Virus record (IMG/VR): IMGVR_UViG_3300042566_000161
Span: 1-42,331 of that record
Length of the DNA: 42,331 nucleotides
Strand: one strand, 5' to 3'
From: a virus
Taxonomy: Duplodnaviria > Caudoviricetes
Both the position numbers and the translations under genes were made by a program. Shown here one piece after another: positions 34,573 to 42,331 of the stretch. A model generated the notes under the pieces. It was not told the DNA's origin, did not search any database, and saw nothing but the letters and a program-made list of their open reading frames with translations. Every line of letters starts with the position of its first letter. Within the stretch, counting starts at the first letter, position 1.

Positions 34573-35673
34573 ATGGCAATCGGCGATCTTGATTTCCGCT
34601 ACGCCACGGACAGCTACGAAACCGACGGTATCCAGACGGACTGGAACATCAGCTTCTCTGGTGGTTACATCAGCGAGGCGCACGTCGGCGCATACTCGGT
34701 CGTCATGGACGCCGAGACGGGGCTGGAAACGGACCGGACCGAGCATACTCTGGCGTTCCTCTCCGAGACCGTGGTTCGCATCACCCCGGCAGTTCCTGCC
34801 GACCGCAAGCTCTACCTGTACCGAGATACGCCGAAGACGGACATCATGGTGCAGTTCGTCAACGGCAAGGTGCTCAACAAGGCAAACCTCGACCTCGCCA
34901 ATCGGCAGGCGATTTTCGGTATCGCAGAGATCGTGGACGCGCTCAGCGCGGCACGCATCGCCGTGGACCAGCAGACCGGCAACATCATCGACCTCAGCCA
35001 GATCATCCGGCAGGTGTACGAGGATGTGATGGCGCTGCTCGCTGCGGGCGGTATCGTGTCTGTCACGCCGCGCGTCTGGACCTTCCTCTTCAATGGCGAG
35101 GACACGGATTTTCCGATGGAAGGCGCCGACGTGGCGCATCCCGGCTTCTACGACACCTACGTGGCGGGGGCCGGTCTCAATCCCACGGGCGACTACACCG
35201 TCGTTCTTGGCGACACCCCGGCCGAGTCCGTCATGCGCTTCGCGGAAGTGTATCCCGACGGTCAGATCGGCTTCGCAGTCCTCCGTGGCTACGCCAAGCC
35301 TTACACCGGGCCGCCGCCGATCACGGACCTGCGCATTCCCATCATCCCGTTCTCCGGCACCGCGTACTTTGCGGGCAAGGAAACAGAGTTTGCGCTCGTG
35401 CGCTGCTCCAATCCCGCCGCCGTGACGGTGAACATCAAGGCAATCCCCGCATCTTCCGGTTCCTCGGCGATGCGCACGGGTAGCTTCTTCTCTGCCTACC
35501 AGCGCGGTGCGGGACAGGTCAGCTTCGCGCCGGAAACGGGCGACGTGAACCTGATCGTGCCGGAAGGTTGCATTGCCAAGACCCGTGCGGTCGGCTCCAC
35601 CATCAGCGCAACCTGCGACGATGCGGAATCGAATACGTGGGTCATCAGCGGTGACCTCGCTCCTTCGGAGTAA
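34573..35673 (+). CDS. Tail fibre adaptor protein (T7 gp17-like N-terminus)
   Basis: DG..T...I.F.GGY....V, YR.TP, F..G..L...NLD..N.Q. Confidence 0.88.
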   Translation: MAIGDLDFRYATDSYETDGIQTDWNISFSGGYISEAHVGAYSVVMDAETGLETDRTEHTLAFLSETVVRITPAVPADRKLYLYRDTPKTDIMVQFVNGKVLNKANLDLANRQAIFGIAEIVDALSAARIAVDQQTGNIIDLSQIIRQVYEDVMALLAAGGIVSVTPRVWTFLFNGEDTDFPMEGADVAHPGFYDTYVAGAGLNPTGDYTVVLGDTPAESVMRFAEVYPDGQIGFAVLRGYAKPYTGPPPITDLRIPIIPFSGTAYFAGKETEFALVRCSNPAAVTVNIKAIPASSGSSAMRTGSFFSAYQRGAGQVSFAPETGDVNLIVPEGCIAKTRAVGSTISATCDDAESNTWVISGDLAPSE

Positions 35674-35677
35674 GTCG

Positions 35678-36859
35678 ATGGCAAACCACATCCTGCTTTA
35701 CGGACGGCCGATCATCGCGCCGTCCACTCCACTGCCCCCGCTGCGGATCGAAGGAACCCTGCCCGGGTACAGGAAAGGGCAGGCGTACTCTGGTTCGCTG
35801 GACATCGTTGACTCGGTGGGCAAGTGCAAGGTGGAACTCGTGAGCGGCGGCCTGCCGAACGGGCACCGCCTGTACGTGGACAACGTGCTCAAGAAGGTGA
35901 TGCTCAAGTGGGACGCATTTCTCGACACCGAAGGGCAGTTCGAGATTCCCAACTGGAGCTTCGAGAACGACGACGAGGGCTGGTTGCTTGGTGAGGGCTG
36001 GTCAGTGTCTACGGCCTCGCATCATCACGGCACGAAATCTCTCGCGTTTAACAACTTCCAAGGTACGAGCGAGGTACTTGGCACGAGAGTACCTCTCAAG
36101 AATCCGGCGGCGCAAGTCGCCCTCTCCTGCCAAGTGCAGCAGGGGGCATCCTCTAAGAAGAACGTCGGTGCCCGCGTGTTTCTTCGCTGGTACAATGGGA
36201 ACACCGTGCTCGGCACGTCTTACGGAAACCTCGTGGACAGCGCATCAAACGGTGCGTGGAATATCTCGTCGGTATCCGGTACTGGTCCGGCCGGTAGCAC
36301 GCACGTTGCACCGGGAGCCGAGGGACAGCGCAAGCGCGAAAACAAGCCGCTGTTCTTGGACGAGTTCACTTGGGACTTGAAATGGGTGCCGGGCAGTGAC
36401 ATCGAGCCTACGTACAGCATCGTCCTCAAGGTGACGGATGGCCTCAACCGCTCGGCGTACTGGATCGGAACCCTCGGGATTCGCACCTTTGTGCGGACGA
36501 CTGTCCCCTTCCCGCTGCTGATGGTCGATTCTCTGAACGCTGGGGCAGAAGTCCTGCGTGCAGGCACTCGTGAGCAGCCGGACCTTCTCGAAGACCCGAT
36601 CCGCGTTGGCGGCGAGGTGCTGGACGTGGTGGTGCGCCTGATGACTCAGGAAGGATACTCCACCGAAACGCTCCGGGTCGGCGGCGCGGTACTCTCCGTT
36701 GTCGTCGCGACTCCGCTGCAATCCTATACGAACGCCCCCGAAATCCTCCGCGTTGGCGGCGAGGTGCGGACCTCTGCAATCAAGGTCCATCCGCAAGGCT
36801 TTGGCGGTCCCGAAATCTTCCGCGTTGGCGGAGAAGTCATTGGAGTCACTATCACATGA
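35678..36859 (+). CDS. Tail fibre / receptor-binding module protein (393 aa; CBM-like N.SFE domain, C-terminal RVGGEV repeats)
   Basis: ATG35678 after the upstream stop; IPNWSFE...GW; five repeats. Confidence 0.8.
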   Translation: MANHILLYGRPIIAPSTPLPPLRIEGTLPGYRKGQAYSGSLDIVDSVGKCKVELVSGGLPNGHRLYVDNVLKKVMLKWDAFLDTEGQFEIPNWSFENDDEGWLLGEGWSVSTASHHHGTKSLAFNNFQGTSEVLGTRVPLKNPAAQVALSCQVQQGASSKKNVGARVFLRWYNGNTVLGTSYGNLVDSASNGAWNISSVSGTGPAGSTHVAPGAEGQRKRENKPLFLDEFTWDLKWVPGSDIEPTYSIVLKVTDGLNRSAYWIGTLGIRTFVRTTVPFPLLMVDSLNAGAEVLRAGTREQPDLLEDPIRVGGEVLDVVVRLMTQEGYSTETLRVGGAVLSVVVATPLQSYTNAPEILRVGGEVRTSAIKVHPQGFGGPEIFRVGGEVIGVTIT

Positions 36860-37779
36860 ATCATCCCATCTTCGAGACCAAGCTCGGCGTCTGCGGCTTC
36901 TACAAGTTCGAGGCCGTCCGCCCGGACGGCAGCGTGCGCGTGCTCGCGGACTGGTTCCAGAACCTCATCACGGACTACGGCCTCAACGGTATGGGGTCCG
37001 GTACTGGCGGCGCGGGCTTCTGCCGCGTTGGCTCGGGTTCGACCGCTCCCGCAAACTCGGATACCGCGCTGGTGGCTCAGGTCGCGTCAGTCAGCCGTCA
37101 GAGTGCAACCGTCGGAATCAGCTCACCGTCCCCGTATTACGGGTGGTGGAGAGGCGTCTACGAGTTCCCGGTCGGCGCTGCCGCAGGCAACATCAGCGAG
37201 GTCGGTGTGTCGCACTTGGCGACGGGGGCGAACCTCATCAGCCGGTCCCTGATCCGCGACTCTGGCGGCACCCCGGTCACGCTGACCGTCCTCTCGGACG
37301 AAATCCTGCGCGTGACCTACGAGTTCCGTGTGTACGTCGTCGAGACGGACGCCACGGCAACCATCACGATCAAGGGTGTGTCCACCACAGTCAGGGTTCG
37401 TCCGGGCGACATCGGGACCACGCCCACCGTCCAGAACTACCTCCAGAGTTCCCAGCATTTCCGGTTCTTCTCACAGAGCAACTTCAACTACGTGCTCACA
37501 GGCGCCTCTTCCGGTATCGGAGCTATCACGGGCAGTCCTACCGGAACCACCACTCAGACCCTGGCCGTCACTCATGCCGCCTACACCGCCGGAAACTTCT
37601 ACCGAGACAGCACGCTGACGGTAGGTGTTTCGGAAGCAGTAGGTCAGGTGGGCGCGATCTACGCCCGCAGCGGCGATCCGGTGTACTGGCAGATTGGCTT
37701 CTCCCCGCGAATCAACAAGGTGGTGGGAGAGACGCTGACCGTCACAGCGCGCGTCTCGTGGGCGAGGTACACACCGTGA
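36856..37779 (+). CDS. Tail fibre module protein (307 aa)
   Basis: WF.NLITD.GL, VGSGST.P...DT.L, GNISEVG, SR.LI.D..G.P. Confidence 0.85.
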   Translation: MNHPIFETKLGVCGFYKFEAVRPDGSVRVLADWFQNLITDYGLNGMGSGTGGAGFCRVGSGSTAPANSDTALVAQVASVSRQSATVGISSPSPYYGWWRGVYEFPVGAAAGNISEVGVSHLATGANLISRSLIRDSGGTPVTLTVLSDEILRVTYEFRVYVVETDATATITIKGVSTTVRVRPGDIGTTPTVQNYLQSSQHFRFFSQSNFNYVLTGASSGIGAITGSPTGTTTQTLAVTHAAYTAGNFYRDSTLTVGVSEAVGQVGAIYARSGDPVYWQIGFSPRINKVVGETLTVTARVSWARYTP

Positions 37780-38339
37780 TCCCGGTCCTGTCCAGTCTGC
37801 CAATTCGCGGCGTATTCGTGGGGCCGGTACAAGACCCGGATACGCCTCTGGTGGATCGCGCGCTGGGCGGGGAAGCTCTGAACGTCACCGATGCCGGTGG
37901 CTTCACTCGTGAGTGGACGTTGGAGTACGTCTCCGGCGACTTCCGGCTGTATCGCGAGGGCGTTGCCCCTGTCGTCGTTCACTCGGCGGCCGGGGTGACG
38001 GAGCTTTCGCTCAGCTTCAACCTCACCATGCGCCCGCACATCGCGTACTCAGTTGGTGCCCAAGGGTACTTGCTGTGGTACGACTCTCTGGCGAGCGCCA
38101 ACTCTGTGCTTTCACTAGGAGAGGTCGAGACGCCTAAAGTGGGTCTCGACGAAACCCGCGACCTCTTCTCCGACATCGCCGATGTTGTCCTTGCCTACGT
38201 CAAGGACGGCGACCTGTGCGTTCGCGTGCAGCGTGAGCGGTTCCAGACCGAGCATCTTCTGGAGGCCAGCATTGGCGGCAGCATCCTGAACATCGGACCC
38301 GCTGACAACCTCCGTTTCCAATTCGAGTTCAGGGAGTAA
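37776..38339 (+). CDS. Tail fibre module protein (187 aa)
   Basis: GTGA overlap; beta-rich; LSF...M.P, L.WYD, R.Q.ERF motifs. Confidence 0.8.
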   Translation: MIPVLSSLPIRGVFVGPVQDPDTPLVDRALGGEALNVTDAGGFTREWTLEYVSGDFRLYREGVAPVVVHSAAGVTELSLSFNLTMRPHIAYSVGAQGYLLWYDSLASANSVLSLGEVETPKVGLDETRDLFSDIADVVLAYVKDGDLCVRVQRERFQTEHLLEASIGGSILNIGPADNLRFQFEFRE

Positions 38340-38341
38340 CC

Positions 38342-38557
38342 ATGAACGAAGCACCCTCCGTGGGGGCAGAGATCGCACGCAACGCCCCGCTGTCTGCGGG
38401 AGCCGTGTACCTGTCCTTCATCAGTACCTACGGCACCGCCATCGTCACGACGCTCGCCATCGTGTACGCGGTGCTCCAGATGTACCTCCGGTGGCAGGAG
38501 CACAAGGCCATCATGCGCAAGAACAAGGAGACCTCCGATGACGAAGGCAGCAAGTGA
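38342..38557 (+). CDS. Holin / pinholin
   Basis: 71 aa; hydrophobic segments; basic C-terminus; T7 gp17.5 position. Confidence 0.75.
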   Translation: MNEAPSVGAEIARNAPLSAGAVYLSFISTYGTAIVTTLAIVYAVLQMYLRWQEHKAIMRKNKETSDDEGSK

Positions 38558-38828
38558 GGCCGAACTCGCCGGACTGCACGTCCTCGTGGCAAAGGTGTTG
38601 AAGGAGCGCATCGCGAACGCGGAACTCTGCACCGCAGCAGACATCAACGCGGCGATCAAGTTCCTCAAGGACAACACGATCACCTGCTCCGTGGACAAGG
38701 ACAACCACCTTGGCGAACTGGAAGCCCAGCTTGCGGAGACGAAGGCGTTGAGCACCGGCGTCGGTGCGAGCGATGCTGACCTACAGGCCGCGCTGGACTC
38801 GATCCCGTTCATGGGGGCACCGAACTGA
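38538..38828 (+). CDS. terS: Terminase small subunit
   Basis: ASEAELAGLH, AAIKFLKDN.IT motifs. Confidence 0.9.
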   Translation: MTKAASEAELAGLHVLVAKVLKERIANAELCTAADINAAIKFLKDNTITCSVDKDNHLGELEAQLAETKALSTGVGASDADLQAALDSIPFMGAPN

Positions 38829-40612
38829 TGCGCGGCTACGCAGGTCCGAACTCACTCCGAATGCAGAAGCTGCGCGTTCTGCAAAAGCACTACGCCCAGT
38901 TCGCCGTCTTCCTCAAGGATATGATGGCGGTGTTGGGGTTCGCCCCGACGTGGATGCAGTACGACATCGGGAACTACCTCCAGTTCGGGCCTGCGGACCT
39001 CATGGTGCAGGCTCAGCGCGGCGAGGCCAAGTCCACTATCACCGCGATCTTCGCGGTCTGGTGCCTGATCCACGACCCCGACCACCGAGTCCTGATCGTG
39101 TCCGCAGGCGGCAAGCAGGCGAACGAGATCGCAACGCTGGTGCAGCGACTGATCCTTACGGTGCCTGCGCTGGAATGTCTCAAGCCCGACCGAAACGCGG
39201 GCGACCGTACCTCGGTCGAGGCGTTCGACGTGCATCACGAGCTGCGACAGGAACTCAAGTCCCCGGCAGTGGCGTGTATCGGCATCGGAGGCAACCTCCC
39301 GGGTAAGCGAGCAGACCTCATCATCGCGGACGACATCGAAAGCCCGAAGAACTCCGCCAACGCAACGGCCCGCGAGCAACTTCTGGCGCTCAGCCGCGAG
39401 TTCTCTGCTATTGCCACCGGACGACCCGGCGTCCCTGCTCGAATCATCTACCTCGGGACTCCGCAGACCAGCGAGAGCATCTACAACACGCTTCCGGGGC
39501 GCGGTTTCGCGCTGCGCATCTGGCCCGGTCGGTTCCCGACTCCAAAGGAAATGTCGAACTACGGAGAGCATCTGGCCCCGAGCATCGCAAACAGGCTGGA
39601 ATCCGACCCGTCCCTCGCCTTTGGTGGAGGCCCGCTTGGCGACATGGGACAACCCACGGACCCGGCGCTGTTCGACGAAGAGAAGCTCCTCGCGAAGCAG
39701 CGCAAAGAAGGTCTGTCGTACTTCCTGCTCCAGTACATGCTATCCACGAAGCTCTCGGACTCCCAGCGGTTCCCGCTCAAGACCGAGAACCTAATCGTGA
39801 TGAAGGTAGGCGGGCGTATGCCTTTGACCGTCACGCGAGGCTTCGGCGGCGGCGCGGCGCGCACGTTCACGTCGAGCGGCAAGGGCTTCACGATGATGGG
39901 GCCGCACGAAGTCAGCCCCGAGACGGCGGAGTTCCAAGGCATCCACATGCGGGTGGATCCGGCGGGTGGCGGCGTCAACGCGGACGAGAGCGGCTATGCC
40001 GTGACTGCGTTCCTCAACGGGACCGTGTACGTTCTCGCCGTTGGCGGCGTGCCGGGCGGCTACGAAATGCCGCAGCTCGAAGCCCTCGCGGACATCGCGC
40101 TCAAGTGGAAGCCGAACGTCATCAGCATCGAGAAGAACATGGGCCATGGCGCATTCGCCAAGGTGTGGCTCCCGGTGCTGCGTAAGAAGTACGCCGTCGC
40201 TGCCATCGACGAGCCGTTCGAGAGCGGGCAGAAGGAGGCTCGCATCATCGGCATCCTCGAACCAATCATGGGACGAGGCTCCCTCGTCATCAGCGAGGAC
40301 TGCGTGGAGGAGGACGACCGCACGACCGAGGGCTACGACCCGGCGAAGCGGAGCACGTACTCCGTGTTCTTCCAGTTGTCCAAGCTCACGCGAGAACGCA
40401 AATCCCTCAAGCACGACGACCGGCTGGACGCCCTCGCAGGCTCCGTCGGCTACTGGGCGGCGCAGCTTGCGCTCGACCAGAACAAGGCGGTCGCTAAGGC
40501 CGAAAACCAGAAGTGGGTCGAGTGGTTCCGCAACCCCACGGGGAGGCGAACTGCGGAGGACTACCGAGGACCGGGCCGACGCGGCAACGTCCTGAGCAAG
40601 TATTTCCAATAA
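38828..40612 (+). CDS. terL: Terminase large subunit
   Basis: AQRGEAKS (Walker A), IIADDIE (Walker B), LGTPQ, DPAGGG...DE, HDDRLDA. Confidence 0.97.
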   Translation: MRGYAGPNSLRMQKLRVLQKHYAQFAVFLKDMMAVLGFAPTWMQYDIGNYLQFGPADLMVQAQRGEAKSTITAIFAVWCLIHDPDHRVLIVSAGGKQANEIATLVQRLILTVPALECLKPDRNAGDRTSVEAFDVHHELRQELKSPAVACIGIGGNLPGKRADLIIADDIESPKNSANATAREQLLALSREFSAIATGRPGVPARIIYLGTPQTSESIYNTLPGRGFALRIWPGRFPTPKEMSNYGEHLAPSIANRLESDPSLAFGGGPLGDMGQPTDPALFDEEKLLAKQRKEGLSYFLLQYMLSTKLSDSQRFPLKTENLIVMKVGGRMPLTVTRGFGGGAARTFTSSGKGFTMMGPHEVSPETAEFQGIHMRVDPAGGGVNADESGYAVTAFLNGTVYVLAVGGVPGGYEMPQLEALADIALKWKPNVISIEKNMGHGAFAKVWLPVLRKKYAVAAIDEPFESGQKEARIIGILEPIMGRGSLVISEDCVEEDDRTTEGYDPAKRSTYSVFFQLSKLTRERKSLKHDDRLDALAGSVGYWAAQLALDQNKAVAKAENQKWVEWFRNPTGRRTAEDYRGPGRRGNVLSKYFQ

Positions 40613-40627
40613 CCCGAAGGAGTATCC

Positions 40628-40852
40628 ATGCGTAAGAGCGACTTTTCCAACTACACCGGCCTGTACGGTCGCGGTGCCGGTCTCGGCAACGCTGAGGCGG
40701 TCCTTGGCGGCGTCGATGGCAGCCTGCACGCGCGCCACGTCGGCGTTGAACAGCGTTTCGAGCTGTGCAGCGGTTTGCGGATACTGCTCCGCGTGCTCGA
40801 CGAGGGCGAGGAGTTCGCGGGCCAGCTCGGCACCGGCGAGGTGGCTTCCTAA
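40628..40852 (+). CDS. Hypothetical protein (74 aa) whose central 148 bp appear inverted
   Basis: RBS AAGGAG; stop overlaps the endolysin ATG; inverted repeats CGGTGCCG (40672-40679) and CGGCACCG (40828-40835). Confidence 0.75.
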   Translation: MRKSDFSNYTGLYGRGAGLGNAEAVLGGVDGSLHARHVGVEQRFELCSGLRILLRVLDEGEEFAGQLGTGEVAS

Positions 40853-41379
40853 TGAACGTGAGCAAGCGCGTAATGGGTGCGCTGCTCGCTCTGGCCGTAG
40901 CGGGAGGTGGGGCAACCTACCTCTCGTTTGGCGGGGCGGAGCAGATCGCCGAGCATGAGGGCTACCGCCTCGTTGCCTACCCGGACCCGGGAACCGGCGG
41001 AGAGCCGTGGACCATCTGTCGTGGGCATACCCGTGGCGTGTACCGTGGGATGCGAGCCACTCCGGAGCAGTGCGACCTCTGGTACGCACAGGACTTGTTG
41101 GAGGCCGAACTGGTCGTCCAGCGAGCCGTGCGCGTCCCGATGAAGCAGGGCGAGTACGACGCTGCGACTTCCTTCGTCTTCAACGTGGGCGGTCCGAAGT
41201 TCCGTGCGTCCACGTTGCTCCGCAAGCTCAACGCCGGGGACCGCAAGGGTAGCTGCAACGAGTACCCGAAGTGGAAGTACGCCAACAAGAAGGTGCTCAA
41301 GGGCCTCGTGGTCCGCCGCACCGAAGAACAGGCCATGTGTCTGAGGAGTGGTCCGTATGTCTATCGGCCGTCAAGCTGA
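40852..41379 (+). CDS. SAR endolysin (GH24 lysozyme)
   Basis: Gly/Ala-rich N-terminal TM after a basic tip; HEG...YPD...WTICRGHT; SFVFNVG, STLLRKLN, GLVVRR..E. Confidence 0.93.
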   Translation: MNVSKRVMGALLALAVAGGGATYLSFGGAEQIAEHEGYRLVAYPDPGTGGEPWTICRGHTRGVYRGMRATPEQCDLWYAQDLLEAELVVQRAVRVPMKQGEYDAATSFVFNVGGPKFRASTLLRKLNAGDRKGSCNEYPKWKYANKKVLKGLVVRRTEEQAMCLRSGPYVYRPSS

Positions 41380-41665
41380 GCTGGTGCTCGGCGCGATCCT
41401 GCTCGTCGTGGTCCTGATCTTCGGTGGGCGCTACGCCTACATGAAGTGGAACACCGAGCGCCTCGAATCCAAGAACGACGTGCTGACTTCCGACGCCGAA
41501 GCCGACAAGGTGTATGTCCGGGAGTACAAAACCGTCGTCGAACAACGGGAAACCAAAGATGCGCAAGTCGAACGTGCTCTCCAGCGCAATCGGAGCTGGG
41601 CTGACGAGCCTCTGCCTGATGATGTCGCTGACCTCCTGCGTGACCCTGCCGAGTCCGCCCCCTGA
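41357..41665 (+). CDS. Rz: i-spanin
   Basis: RBS GAGGAG; N-terminal TM, coiled coil, WADEPLPDDV motif. Confidence 0.88.
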   Translation: MSIGRQAELVLGAILLVVVLIFGGRYAYMKWNTERLESKNDVLTSDAEADKVYVREYKTVVEQRETKDAQVERALQRNRSWADEPLPDDVADLLRDPAESAP

Positions 41666-41855
41666 GTACCTGCGGGACTGCAAGATCACGTACCTCAAGG
41701 CCGAGAATCCCACGAATGGCGACGCAGTTCGCCTCGCGGTGGCCCGGGAATACGATCTCAAGTTCTGCAACGCCGACAAGGCGGCGATTCGGGCGTGGTA
41801 CGACGGCTACGAGAAGGCTTGCGGGTGGCGATGTAGGCAACGCAAGCCGCGATAA
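41559..41855 (+). CDS. Rz1: o-spanin lipoprotein
   Basis: Overlaps Rz in the +1 frame; lipobox LTSC; Pro-rich; CN.DKAAIR.W. Confidence 0.85.
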   Translation: MRKSNVLSSAIGAGLTSLCLMMSLTSCVTLPSPPPEYLRDCKITYLKAENPTNGDAVRLAVAREYDLKFCNADKAAIRAWYDGYEKACGWRCRQRKPR

Positions 41856-41863
41856 GCGAGCTG

Positions 41864-41912
41864 GGCCGGGCTATCTGGTGACTACTGGGTAGCTCGGGCC
41901 AAATTTTGCTTT
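41864..41912 (+). terminator. Possible terminator after the lysis cassette
   Basis: GGCCGGGCTATCT/GGGTAGCTCGGGCC stem followed by AAATTTTGCTTT (atypical U-tract). Confidence 0.4.
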
Positions 41913-42103
41913 GCTAACGCGAGAGGGTCACTCCAATAAAAGCTCACGCGCATTCCCCCGTACACCCACCCACGCACCCGCGCACGCACACGGGCATGCA
42001 CACGCGCTCGCCACGCACACACGCGCGCGATCCGAGCCTTACGCGATGCGAGGTGTTATACCTGACCAGCACACCATGACACTACAGCACTATGACACTA
42101 GTT

Positions 42104-42116
42104 ACCGTTCGTCGGG
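42104..42116 (+). promoter_or_regulatory. Second ACCGTTCGTCGGG box
   Basis: Identical to 220-232; ends 6 nt upstream of the TTGACG -35. Confidence 0.5.
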
Positions 42117-42122
42117 TCGTGC

Positions 42123-42151
42123 TTGACGGGAGGTCCGGGCCGTGCTCCAAT
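42123..42151 (+). promoter_or_regulatory. sigma70 promoter straddling the start of the right DTR
   Basis: TTGACG-17 nt-TCCAAT with extended TG, followed by ggccACAC like the other early promoters. Confidence 0.6.
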
Positions 42152-42331
42152 GGCCACACGGTAGGCGCTGAGCCTGCCGGAGCGGGCCTACACGGGCCGT
42201 CCGCGAGCCGCATGGGTGCTACCATGGGCGGAGACGGTGCAAGGCGTAGGCGCGAGCGTGGGCGGCATCTGTATCGTTTGCGCCCGCTGAACTGGTGTGC
42301 TGGTGTACTAACACACCTCGATTGAATTGGT
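42128..42331. repeat. Right direct terminal repeat (204 bp)
   Basis: Copy of 1-204 with one mismatch. Confidence 0.97.

Noticed and set aside
1040-41840. Many long minus-strand and alternate-frame ORFs (e.g. 6956-8770, 10398-12311, 16878-18674, 28341-30302)
   Set aside because: Antisense shadows of GC3-biased + strand genes; no RBS or motifs. The only protein-like minus-strand stretch is the inverted segment at 40680-40827.
41911-42325. ORFs 41911-42126 and 42092-42325
   Set aside because: Low-complexity or DTR sequence, no RBS, no codon bias
1-42331. Lysogeny module, reverse transcriptase/DGR, or Z-base pathway
   Set aside because: No integrase, repressor, RT or purZ motifs recognised in any ORF

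Overview
The window is a complete linear genome (42,331 bp, GC-rich) of a lytic T7-superfamily podovirus (Autographiviridae) with phiKMV/Prado-like organisation, bounded by 204-bp direct terminal repeats (DTRs). All credible genes are on the + strand. Order: (1) a ~1.4-kb non-coding left end with tandem sigma70 promoters and highly structured RNA elements; (2) small early genes, including a pentapeptide-repeat protein and a SAM-lyase-like protein; (3) primase, helicase, family A DNA polymerase, nucleases, a DUF5664-like dNTPase, ligase and a single-subunit RNA polymerase; (4) portal, scaffold, capsid, tail tube, three ejection proteins and a four-gene tail-fibre module; (5) holin, terminases, SAR endolysin and Rz/Rz1. 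A Xanthomonadaceae host is inferred from GC content and tail-module style, not shown. Main unusual observations: a 148-bp segment inside the gene upstream of the endolysin that appears inverted between 8-bp inverted repeats; a ~580-nt promoter-to-terminator structured ncRNA candidate; a second RNA clamped by a 26-bp inverted repeat; a GNAT acetyltransferase domain inside the large ejection protein; a probable +1 CCC-UGA frameshift; two AlgR-type boxes flanking the DTR; and promoters split by both DTR boundaries. Protein assignments come from motif recognition and synteny only; no searches were run.
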